Assembly (NCBI GenBank): GCA_001794905.1
Contig: MGLW01000063.1
Coordinates: 9,939 to 21,854, forward strand
Reading direction: 5' to 3'
Source of the DNA: Chlamydiae bacterium RIFCSPHIGHO2_12_FULL_49_11
Lineage (GTDB): Bacteria; Chlamydiota; Chlamydiia; Chlamydiales; 2-12-FULL-49-11
Length of the DNA stretch: 11,916 nt
Part shown: piece by piece, positions 1 to 6,948 of the stretch
Position numbering within the stretch: the stretch's first letter is position 1
How the letters are laid out: every line of letters starts with the position of its first letter
The notes under the pieces: generated by a model
Database searches by the model: none
Told to the model about the DNA's origin: nothing
What the model saw: the letters and a program-made list of their open reading frames with translations, nothing else
Translations under genes and position numbers: made by a program

Positions 1-678
1 CTTCCCTTTCAGGAAATTTTTTTCTTCGGGCCGAGCCCCCGTTTGTACCATTAATACCGACAGTGGCTCTAGGGTTTGTACGGGAAGCGACTCTACCCCT
101 TGCCCGAGAAAAAGTCCGCCGACAAGGAACGCGCATGCCCCAAGCAGGCGGCATCTACTTGGCTCGATGAGCACCAAAAACACGGTATAATTGAGGTATA
201 GAAAAAATAAGACAAGCCCTCCCACGCCGCCGAGAGAAGCCAAATTGGACAGGAGGGGGTGAAACAGAAGAAGCCGCGCAAGAGGATTGAACGGAAAACC
301 GCATACAATCCATAACTTGGCCACTTCAAATAAAGCAACGAATACCAAATAGAAAGAAGAGCGCCCGCGCCCGATCCGGGAAAAACAAAGAGCGGTCGGA
401 ACGGAAAAAATCAGGACAACGAGAAAATATCCGAGAAGCATCGCTCTCCCGTGATACTCGGTCGTACAAAGCCACCGGACCGACCATAGATACGAAAGCA
501 TAGTCCATACGAGGGAAGATGCAACCCGGGATGACGTTTTTTGCAAAAAGGCGAGAGATACCCAAAACAGACTGTAGGTAAAAAGAAGAGCGCACGAGCC
601 CCACAGAAGAGAAGAGGTTTCATTGACAAAGAGAGCAAGATATAGGCTGACAAGCCACAGAGGGAGCCATTTTTTCAT
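1..678 (-). CDS. lnt: Apolipoprotein N-acyltransferase, N-terminal 226 codons (runs off the left edge of the window)
   Basis: Hand translation of a minus frame absent from the ORF track. ATG at 678-676 is open with no stop to position 1: MKKWLPLWLVSLYLALFVNE...WSVRWLCTTEYHG...LFEVAKLWIVCGFPFNPLA...LASLGGVGGLVLFFLYLN...SVLMVQTGARPEEK. It has several TM segments, the Lnt E-x-x-[RK]...GFP[WF] and A-x-x-G-G-V-x-G-L motifs, and the first nitrilase-domain strand (V-x-x-V-Q). Confidence 0.85.
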   Translation of the reverse strand, partial: MKKWLPLWLVSLYLALFVNETSSLLWGSCALLFTYSLFWVSLAFLQKTSSRVASSLVWTMLSYLWSVRWLCTTEYHGRAMLLGYFLVVLIFSVPTALCFSRIGRGRSSFYLVFVALFEVAKLWIVCGFPFNPLARLLLFHPLLSNLASLGGVGGLVLFFLYLNYTVFLVLIEPSRCRLLGACAFLVGGLFLGQGVESLPVQTLEPLSVLMVQTGARPEEKNFLKGK

Positions 679-1124
679 GATGAAGTAATATGCACACCGG
701 CAGAACGACGCTCAGCCAAAATCAACATGAGTCCGCCCACGATCGCAAAATTTTTCATGAACAGAACAAAACTGCGGGCGAGAAGAGGCCCTTCAAAAAA
801 CCAGAACGGCTGATGGAACAGGGTCGTAAAAAAGAGGTAAGAAAGAAGCAGTGTTGCACCTATTTTGACATGGAACTGCAAAAAAATCGCAAGGGCTCCG
901 ACCAGCTCAATCACAACACCGACAAGAACAAACCAACGTCCAAAATCTTCCATAAAAGAGAGCACCTCTTGCACGCCCGGAAGATTGGACGAAGACATCT
1001 GCCACACCGACAAGGTTTGCAAAAATTCATTGTTCACTTCTTCAAGATGAAAAAATGACGAAACGGCCAAAATAATGAAAATTCCACTGATAAACCAGCG
1101 CCCCAAGAAAACAACTCCTGCCAT
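675..1124 (-). CDS. DoxX/SURF4-like inner membrane protein
   Basis: 149 aa with about 4 TM helices. It has N-terminal LGRxxxxxxF, central IELVGAL and C-terminal FMKNFAIVGGLM, typical of the DoxX family. Its TGA overlaps the lnt ATG (ATGA). Confidence 0.8.
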   Translation of the reverse strand: MAGVVFLGRWFISGIFIILAVSSFFHLEEVNNEFLQTLSVWQMSSSNLPGVQEVLSFMEDFGRWFVLVGVVIELVGALAIFLQFHVKIGATLLLSYLFFTTLFHQPFWFFEGPLLARSFVLFMKNFAIVGGLMLILAERRSAGVHITSS

Positions 1125-1162
1125 ATCTCCAACTTTTTTTCTGATATCTTATCCTATTTTGC

Positions 1163-1190
1163 TTGCCAACGTTTTTTTTGTAATTATAAT
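1163..1190 (+). promoter_or_regulatory. Putative sigma66/sigma70-type promoter for rsmB/fmu
   Basis: TTGCCA (1163-1168), 16-bp spacer, perfect TATAAT (1185-1190), in the AT-rich divergent intergenic region. Confidence 0.6.
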
Positions 1191-1199
1191 CTTTTAGCC

Positions 1200-2261
1200 A
1201 TGATCCCGTTTCGCATATACCATCTTATCGCACTCTTAGAGAGCTACTCATTCAAAACCCCTTTCCCCGAGCACGTAAAAAAATATTTTGAAGCTCACCA
1301 TTCTTTAGGAAAAAAAGACCGGGAAGAAATCAAAAAGGACGCTTTTTTTTTTCTGAAAAACTGTCTGAAACTGGAAAAAGGATTCAACGTCACCGGCTGG
1401 AAAGAAGTCGTTCTCAAACAAAAAGCGTGTGAAAAGCCGGTTTCCGTTTCCGACCGCTTTTCCGTATCCCCGGAACTCTACGACCTGATTTCCTCCGAAT
1501 TGGCAGAGAATGCCTCCCAATTTTTACAAACTTTGCAGGACAAGGCTCCCGTAACTCTCCGCGTCAATACGCGAAAAATTACAGCAAATAAGCTGATCGA
1601 ACTTCTAGAGCCTACTATCAAAATCCACAAAGTAGATCATGAAATCTGCACCGCACCCGACGACGCTCCTCTTACACAAACTCCCGAATACCAAAAAGGA
1701 TTTTTTGAAATCCAAGACGAGGCGAGCATTTTGGCATGCAGGCTTGTTCATCCGGCAAGAGGAGAGCGCCTTCTCGACATGTGCGCCGGCAGCGGCGGAA
1801 AAAGTCTGGGCATCGCCACACAGGCGAGCCATCCCATTCACCTCACTTTGCATGAAACTCGCCCCCGCATGCTCCAAGAGGCAAAAAGGCGCTTTTTGAG
1901 AAACGGCCTCCCCCTTCCCCACATTTTTACCGTTTCTGAGCCCTTCGATTGGATCGTTCTCGACGTTCCGTGCAGCGGATCGGGCACATGGCGACGCCAC
2001 TTTGAACAAACCTACCTCTTTTCTTTGGAAACTTTATCTCGCCTGATTGAACAGCAAAGAAAAATTTTTAACGAAGCGATCCGCATGCCATGCCAACATA
2101 TTGTATATATGACATGTTCTGTTTTTCCCTCCGAAAATGAAAATCAGGCCGCCTTTTTCTGCGAAAAATATTCTTTGAAGAAAGAGGAAGAATTTATTTC
2201 CCTCCCTCTGAAGCCGGGCGATCGTGACGGATTTTACGCAGTGCGTTTTTCATTTTCCTAA
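1200..2261 (+). CDS. rsmB: RsmB/Fmu (NOL1/NOP2/Sun family) RNA m5C methyltransferase
   Basis: Motifs LRVN, FEIQDEAS, LDMCAGSGGKS (SAM-binding motif I), DVPCSGSG (motif IV Cys), VYMTCS (motif VI Cys), ENE and DGFY. The exact RNA target is not determinable from sequence. Confidence 0.88.
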   Translation: MIPFRIYHLIALLESYSFKTPFPEHVKKYFEAHHSLGKKDREEIKKDAFFFLKNCLKLEKGFNVTGWKEVVLKQKACEKPVSVSDRFSVSPELYDLISSELAENASQFLQTLQDKAPVTLRVNTRKITANKLIELLEPTIKIHKVDHEICTAPDDAPLTQTPEYQKGFFEIQDEASILACRLVHPARGERLLDMCAGSGGKSLGIATQASHPIHLTLHETRPRMLQEAKRRFLRNGLPLPHIFTVSEPFDWIVLDVPCSGSGTWRRHFEQTYLFSLETLSRLIEQQRKIFNEAIRMPCQHIVYMTCSVFPSENENQAAFFCEKYSLKKEEEFISLPLKPGDRDGFYAVRFSFS

Positions 2262-2297
2262 AAAACCCGATCTCTGTATAATACTTTAAAGTTGAGG
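2255..2297 (+). promoter_or_regulatory. Putative sigma66 promoter and ribosome-binding site for the surA-like/ksgA pair
   Basis: TATAAT at 2277-2282, weak -35 TTCCTA at 2255-2260 (16-bp spacer), and GAGG at 2294-2297 before ATG 2305. Confidence 0.5.
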
Positions 2298-2304
2298 TTG
2301 GCTT

Positions 2305-3354
2305 ATGATGAAGTGTCTAGTTTTTCTCCTATTTGCGGGTGTGGCAACGTGCGCTCCAAATCCGACCACACCACCTCCTGTCCAGCAGCATATTGAAATC
2401 GTGGTCCACAATGCACCGCTGGTCAAAGTGTACGACCGCGTCTTTTCCGTCATCGACGTCAAAAAAAGAATGGACATGACCCTTCTGGAAAAAGATCCCC
2501 GCTCTTTCGAATATGCGCCTGCCCGTTACCAATATTATGTAAACTCGTGGAGGCAAGTCCTCGACGATATGGTAAATGAATACCTGATGCTCCTCGACGC
2601 CAAAGAAATGAAAATTGAAATCCCCGAACCGAATTTGAAAGAAGAAATCAATAAACGGTTTGGTCCGAACGTCGTTGCGACCATTTCCCGCCTCGGACTG
2701 ACTCCGAAAGAAGCTTCCGAATTTGTAAAAAATGAGCAGCTCGTTAAAACGATCGCCTGGTATAAAATTTGGGTCAAAGTATTCCACGATGTGACACCGA
2801 GCAAATTGCACGAATCGTATGTCGCCTACGTAAAATCGAACCCTCCCGAAGAAAAATGGACCTACCAGGTGCTCACCCTGAAACCGTCCAAAGCCGACAA
2901 ACTAGAAGAAGAATCGAAGTTTTTACAGAATTTGGTGCAAACCGTCAAAACCAAAGACTTGGCCGAATTGAAAGTCGACCTTGAAACGGCACTTCCCGAA
3001 AGCAGCGTCACCGTCTCAAGCGCCATCACGCTCAGCGAAAAGGAAATCGCGCCCAATATCAAAGGACTCCTCTCCTCCATCGGCATTAATATGATTTCTT
3101 CCCCCATATTGCAAGTAGTCAAAAATAGTGACGTGAATGCGTGCAAGGTGTACCGCCTCCTAGACCATGCCAAGGCAGTGCCTCCTTCCTTCTCCACTAT
3201 GAAAGACCAGCTGGAGAACGAGCTCTTGATGCAAAAAAGCCGCAAGTTTCAAGCCGAGTATGTTCGCTATCTGAAAGAACATTTCTGTTTTGAGGAGCTT
3301 GCTATAAGCAAGGCTCATGCAGACTTTGAGCCGTTCCAGATCAAAGTATCGTGA
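2305..3354 (+). CDS. SurA N-terminal-domain periplasmic chaperone (probable CT355-like), with a degenerate parvulin region
   Basis: Signal peptide, then a SurA_N-like pattern (LVKVYDRVFSVIDV...RQVLDDMVNEYLMLLDAKEMKIEI...VTPSKLHESY) and a C-terminal helix PSFSTMKDQLENELL...YVRYLK. It lies directly upstream of ksgA. Confidence 0.7.
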   Translation: MMKCLVFLLFAGVATCAPNPTTPPPVQQHIEIVVHNAPLVKVYDRVFSVIDVKKRMDMTLLEKDPRSFEYAPARYQYYVNSWRQVLDDMVNEYLMLLDAKEMKIEIPEPNLKEEINKRFGPNVVATISRLGLTPKEASEFVKNEQLVKTIAWYKIWVKVFHDVTPSKLHESYVAYVKSNPPEEKWTYQVLTLKPSKADKLEEESKFLQNLVQTVKTKDLAELKVDLETALPESSVTVSSAITLSEKEIAPNIKGLLSSIGINMISSPILQVVKNSDVNACKVYRLLDHAKAVPPSFSTMKDQLENELLMQKSRKFQAEYVRYLKEHFCFEELAISKAHADFEPFQIKVS

Positions 3355-4076
3355 AGATAGTAGCTAAGAAGCACCTATCGCAATTCTTTCTACATAAGAA
3401 AGAAACCATCGACGAAATCATTCGCCATGTTGCCCCCCGCGGAAAAATCGTAGAAATCGGCCCGGGTGAGGGCGCTCTTACTTGTGCCATGCTGCCATTA
3501 TGTACTTCCCTTATCGCCGTAGAAATCGACTTTGAAGCTGCTACCTATCTAAAACGTACTATTTCCGATTCCCGTTTTTCCTGCATACAAGCCGACATTT
3601 TGCACTACGATTGGCAGGAGCCCGTAGATCTTGTGGTGGGTAATCTCCCCTACCACCTTTCTACTCCAATCCTTCTCCGGATAGCAGAGCAAAAATCAAA
3701 GTTCCGGCGCGCCTTTTTCATTGTAGAAGATGCCTTTGCCGAAAAAGTGAGAGAAAGCCAAACAGCGATCCACACTTTTATTTCCACATTTTTTGACATC
3801 GATATCGCAATGCAGATCTCCCGCTACGCCTGTCACCCCGTCCCAAAAGTCCATTCGTCCCTTCTCCGGCTGATTCCAAAACCGGCGCCCGAAGTCAACC
3901 TGGCAAAATACTACAATATATTGTCACGAGCATTCCGTGCCCGGCGCAAAAAAATACGCTCCATTTTTCCGGAATCTGACCTCTTTTTAGACAAAAGACC
4001 GCACGAACTTACGACGGAAGACTGGCTTTCTTTCTATATAAAGCTACACCTGCCGCCACAATCACCACTCCGATAA
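3351..4076 (+). CDS. rsmA: 16S rRNA m6,2A dimethyltransferase RsmA/KsgA (divergent)
   Basis: Motifs KKHLSQFFL, VEIGPGEGALT, AVEID, VGNLPYHLSTPIL, PVPKVHS and AFRARRKK. The GTG start overlaps the upstream TGA (GTGA, 3351-3354). Confidence 0.88.
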   Translation: MKIVAKKHLSQFFLHKKETIDEIIRHVAPRGKIVEIGPGEGALTCAMLPLCTSLIAVEIDFEAATYLKRTISDSRFSCIQADILHYDWQEPVDLVVGNLPYHLSTPILLRIAEQKSKFRRAFFIVEDAFAEKVRESQTAIHTFISTFFDIDIAMQISRYACHPVPKVHSSLLRLIPKPAPEVNLAKYYNILSRAFRARRKKIRSIFPESDLFLDKRPHELTTEDWLSFYIKLHLPPQSPLR

Positions 4077-5241
4077 AAGCAATATAGAAAACGACCGCCC
4101 GCTTCTCCGGAAGAGCAATAGATACGGCCGCATAGAGAGGAAATTCGCCAAGTTCACGAAGATTATCGTCTTGCACAATCAAATCACCCACATGATCCCC
4201 CTCTCGGATTGGAAACGCCGCCTCATTCCAACGCACGCTTGTCTGATATTCGGCTTTTTCGGAAGGGTAGAAAGATACGTCCACATCTGCATGCAATTTG
4301 GCGATCAAATTTGTACGGGGCAAGCTCAAATAGGTTTGAAATACCGCTTCTTCGCTGTTAAACAGTTTTCTCTCTTCTTTCTCTTCCGCTCCGAGGCGCT
4401 CGTAAATTTCGACCGAATCCAGGAAACGGAAAAGGGGGTCATCCGATCCGAAACTGGCGATAATGATAGTGCGATCTCCGACTTGTGCCGCACTGACTAA
4501 ACAATATCCTGCCTTACTCGTATACCCCGTTTTTCCACAAATCACTTTCGGATAAAACACCGGTTTATCTTTATGGAACAGCAAATTGGTATTTCGAAAA
4601 ATGTCTTTTTTGAAGGCTACTTCGTCTTGAGTTGCAATCTCCAGGAACAGGGGCATTTCGAGTCCTTTTTTGAGGATGAGCGCCATTTCGAGCGGCGTGG
4701 ACCGGTGAGCGGGGTGGTGCAGGCCGTGCGGATTAACAAAATGCGTTTCTCTGAATCCGAGGCGGGATAAAAACGCATTTAAACCTTCCGTAAATTGCGG
4801 GATCGACCCGGCGACATGCTTTGCCACCAAATTGGCTGCATCGTTAGCCGACCTCACCATCATGACCTCGAGCAGATCACGAAAGACAAACGACTCATTT
4901 TCACTCAAATGCAGTTGCACCGCATCGTCTTCTAAAATGTAGGGGGGGAAATCATTCCAGTGCTGCACCCTTTTTTCGGCTTCCACTACGCGAATGCTCT
5001 CCTTATCCACATTCACCGTAGAAAAAAGAGGGAGGTTTTCAAAAGAAGCGGTGTAAAGAAGCGTAGCCAATTTCGTGGTACTCGCAGGAAAAATCGGCTC
5101 CGACCCTTTTTTCTCATATAATATCTTTCCCGATTCGGCACTGAGCACGACGAGGTAGGGCGAGCGAACGTTCAATTCCAGGCAGGAGGAGAGCTGCAAG
5201 AAGAGGCAGGAGGAGAGAAGAAAAAAAATCCGGCGAGACAT
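4009..5241 (-). CDS. dacC: D-alanyl-D-alanine carboxypeptidase (peptidase S11, PBP5/6-like)
   Basis: PASTTK (SxxK), SAN (SxN), NPHGL and GKTGYT (KTG), plus a PBP5_C-like region, an N-terminal signal peptide and a C-terminal TM anchor followed by RKK. Confidence 0.92.
   Translation of the reverse strand: MSRRIFFLLSSCLFLQLSSCLELNVRSPYLVVLSAESGKILYEKKGSEPIFPASTTKLATLLYTASFENLPLFSTVNVDKESIRVVEAEKRVQHWNDFPPYILEDDAVQLHLSENESFVFRDLLEVMMVRSANDAANLVAKHVAGSIPQFTEGLNAFLSRLGFRETHFVNPHGLHHPAHRSTPLEMALILKKGLEMPLFLEIATQDEVAFKKDIFRNTNLLFHKDKPVFYPKVICGKTGYTSKAGYCLVSAAQVGDRTIIIASFGSDDPLFRFLDSVEIYERLGAEEKEERKLFNSEEAVFQTYLSLPRTNLIAKLHADVDVSFYPSEKAEYQTSVRWNEAAFPIREGDHVGDLIVQDDNLRELGEFPLYAAVSIALPEKRAVVFYIAFIGVVIVAAGVALYRKKASLPS
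5180..5217. repeat. 14-bp direct repeat with 24-bp period inside the dacC signal peptide
   Basis: AGGCAGGAGGAGAG at 5180-5193 and 5204-5217. It encodes LSSCL twice on the minus strand. Confidence 0.8.
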
Positions 5242-5346
5242 GGTTGATTACGAGCTGATTAATGGCTTCCTCAACCAAGCATATACAAAAACCTGTTTAA
5301 AAAAAACCCTTAGGTTCTTATGTAGAAGATTAGGAAAATTCAAGAG

Positions 5347-5784
5347 ATGATCGATCCCAAAAAATTGGACAAATTCTACTCTACCTTTATCAAGGACCTG
5401 AACAAGTCTCTGGTTGATGAAATCATTGACGTGAGCGAACCTTTATTAAAATCTCTCCATCTGCTCGACAAAACTCCGGCCGACGAAAAAGAAATCCAAT
5501 CGCAATTCCCTTTTTATTTCCATGTCATCGAAACCGAGGAGAAGGTAACCCTTTTCAATCAGCAATTCGTGGTATGGATCATACCGAAAGTGATCGACGA
5601 CATGCCGCGCACTCTGACTATGATTGCGCTCCAGCAAAACAAGTCGCTCAAATTGGAGCTCATCTTTTCGACGCGGGGAAAATTCAACACCCCCAAATTT
5701 GTCCTCCGCATCCTTCGCCACTATCTCATTGAAGTGCTTGACACCGAGGAAGAAATCGCCTCGATCGGCAAGTCTGAGAATTGA
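5347..5784 (+). CDS. Conserved chlamydial hypothetical protein (probable CT550-like)
   Basis: 145-aa soluble ORF filling the gap, divergent from dacC (FHVIETEEKVTLFNQQFVVWIIP...LELIFSTRGKFNTP). Its position between dacC and rsbW matches the gene order I recall for Chlamydia. Confidence 0.75.
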   Translation: MIDPKKLDKFYSTFIKDLNKSLVDEIIDVSEPLLKSLHLLDKTPADEKEIQSQFPFYFHVIETEEKVTLFNQQFVVWIIPKVIDDMPRTLTMIALQQNKSLKLELIFSTRGKFNTPKFVLRILRHYLIEVLDTEEEIASIGKSEN

Positions 5785-5821
5785 TTCTCGTGACGACACT
5801 GCCAAGACGGTTTTTATTTTC

Positions 5822-5873
5822 TTGCAGAATTCTTGTAAATACACTAAAATTGTTTTCGTAATTAACGTGAGGT
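5822..5873 (+). promoter_or_regulatory. Putative sigma66 promoter and strong Shine-Dalgarno for the beta-barrel gene
   Basis: TTGCAG (5822-5827), 17-bp spacer, TAAAAT (5845-5850), with a T-rich tract upstream. GAGGT at 5869-5873 lies 6 nt before ATG 5880. Confidence 0.65.
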
Positions 5874-5879
5874 ATCGTT

Positions 5880-6482
5880 ATGAAGAAACAATCCATTATA
5901 TTAACCCTACTTGTTGCAGCTTTCGGGTTTGCAGACCAACCCTTCGATTCACAAGAAATTGCGCAAATGAGCCCTTCATCCGATGGAGCCCCTGCGTATG
6001 AAGCTCCCGTAAGGAAAGGTTCTATCTATTTCCGAGCGATTACCGATTCTCAACCGTCGAACGTCGCCAACGTCTTCCCCGGCTTAGGGATTGGTTACCG
6101 ACGCTCTTTTAACCATTCCGGCGTGGATATTTCTTTCAACTATAGTAACGGGAAAGGGTGGGGTGCTCAAAACGCCCGTCAAATTTTGTGGACGGCGCCC
6201 AAGGTTTCCTACCTCTATTATTTCTCCCCTCAAGGATCGCAGAGCGTTTATGGCGGACTTGGCTTAGGTTGGGGCGGAACCCAGCTTCGGAACACAGCCA
6301 AGAATGAAAGATCAAACTTTCTCGGCCTCATTCCCAACTTCTCTCTAGGCTACGAGCTGCTCCGGCACAGCATTATTTCCTCCTTCATGGAAGTAACGAT
6401 AAGTCAGCCGCTCATTCCAAGTTCCAGTTCGGGAACATCGCCCGGACCGGTTGTGGAATTCTCTCTCGGCGCCGGATTCTAA
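5880..6482 (+). CDS. Small outer-membrane beta-barrel protein (probably 8-stranded)
   Basis: SPase I-type signal peptide MKKQSIILTLLVAAFGFA, alternating amphipathic strands (GLGIGYR, GVDISFNY, VSYLYYF, VYGGLGLGWG, FSLGYE, SFMEVTI) and a C-terminal beta-signal VEFSLGAGF ending in Phe. Confidence 0.8.
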   Translation: MKKQSIILTLLVAAFGFADQPFDSQEIAQMSPSSDGAPAYEAPVRKGSIYFRAITDSQPSNVANVFPGLGIGYRRSFNHSGVDISFNYSNGKGWGAQNARQILWTAPKVSYLYYFSPQGSQSVYGGLGLGWGGTQLRNTAKNERSNFLGLIPNFSLGYELLRHSIISSFMEVTISQPLIPSSSSGTSPGPVVEFSLGAGF

Positions 6483-6537
6483 TCCTAGGGGCGTGTCGAA
6501 ATAGCACGCAAAAGGTTGAAAAGTGCAATAAAATAGC

Positions 6538-6942
6538 CTAATTAAAGTGTTTTTCGATACGGAGTATGTTGGTGTCGCTGTCTCTTTCATACAAGAGGTC
6601 ATCGGCAAGAGTGCGAATCATCTCAATCCCCAGCCCACCATAGGGTGTTGAATCCAAGTCGGCGGGCTTATGCCTTACCGGATTGTGAAGCAAGTTGAAC
6701 TCGATTCCCCAATCGCGGAAGATGGCGATGAACCGGTCCTTTTTTACGGCGCACTGAAGAGTAAAATGACCCGACTCGTCTTGCGGATAGGCATACGAGT
6801 AAATGTTCATGATCACCTCTTCCAAAATCAGACGGATCGTCCCGTTATGCGCATAGGGTATCTTGAGTGCATCAAGAAGATCGTCCAGTTTCGTAAAAAG
6901 CGCACCTAGTGAATCGGAGGTGGAAAATCGCACCAGCTTCAT
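6538..6942 (-). CDS. rsbW: RsbW-type anti-sigma factor / serine kinase (GHKL ATPase)
   Basis: N-box LILEEVIMNIYSYAY, G1 RDWGIEFN, G2 GGLGIEMIRTLAD and terminal NILRIEK. I prefer the ATG at 6942 to the ORF-track TTG at 6969, which lies in a hairpin loop. Confidence 0.9.
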   Translation of the reverse strand: MKLVRFSTSDSLGALFTKLDDLLDALKIPYAHNGTIRLILEEVIMNIYSYAYPQDESGHFTLQCAVKKDRFIAIFRDWGIEFNLLHNPVRHKPADLDSTPYGGLGIEMIRTLADDLLYERDSDTNILRIEKHFN

Positions 6943-6948
6943 ATCTCT

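Noticed and set aside
93..653. Three short minus-strand ORFs (93-338, 326-604, 411-653) suggesting a fragmented pseudogene
   Set aside because: The third minus frame is fully open from 678 to 1 and carries Lnt motifs, so these are off-frame shadows.
690..1058. Lys/Arg-rich 122-aa plus-strand ORF resembling a histone-like protein
   Set aside because: It is the antisense of the hydrophobic, T-rich DoxX gene, which explains the Lys-rich composition. It has no Hc1/Hc2-type repeats.
5822..5838. Imperfect palindrome TTGCAGAATTCTTGTAA overlapping the OMP -35 box
   Set aside because: It needs a bulge and a mismatch, and no second copy was seen. Too weak to call an operator.
6491..6513. GCGTG-N9-CACGC hairpin between the convergent OMP and rsbW genes as an intrinsic terminator
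   Set aside because: The stem is only 5 bp and is followed by AAAA on the plus strand and CCC on the minus strand, so there is no 3' U-tract in either direction.
6502..6528. TAGCAC...GTGCAA resembling a CIRCE/HrcA operator
   Set aside because: The spacing is 2 nt longer than CIRCE (TAGCA-N17-TGCAA versus N15), the inner bases do not match, and it lies between two gene ends.
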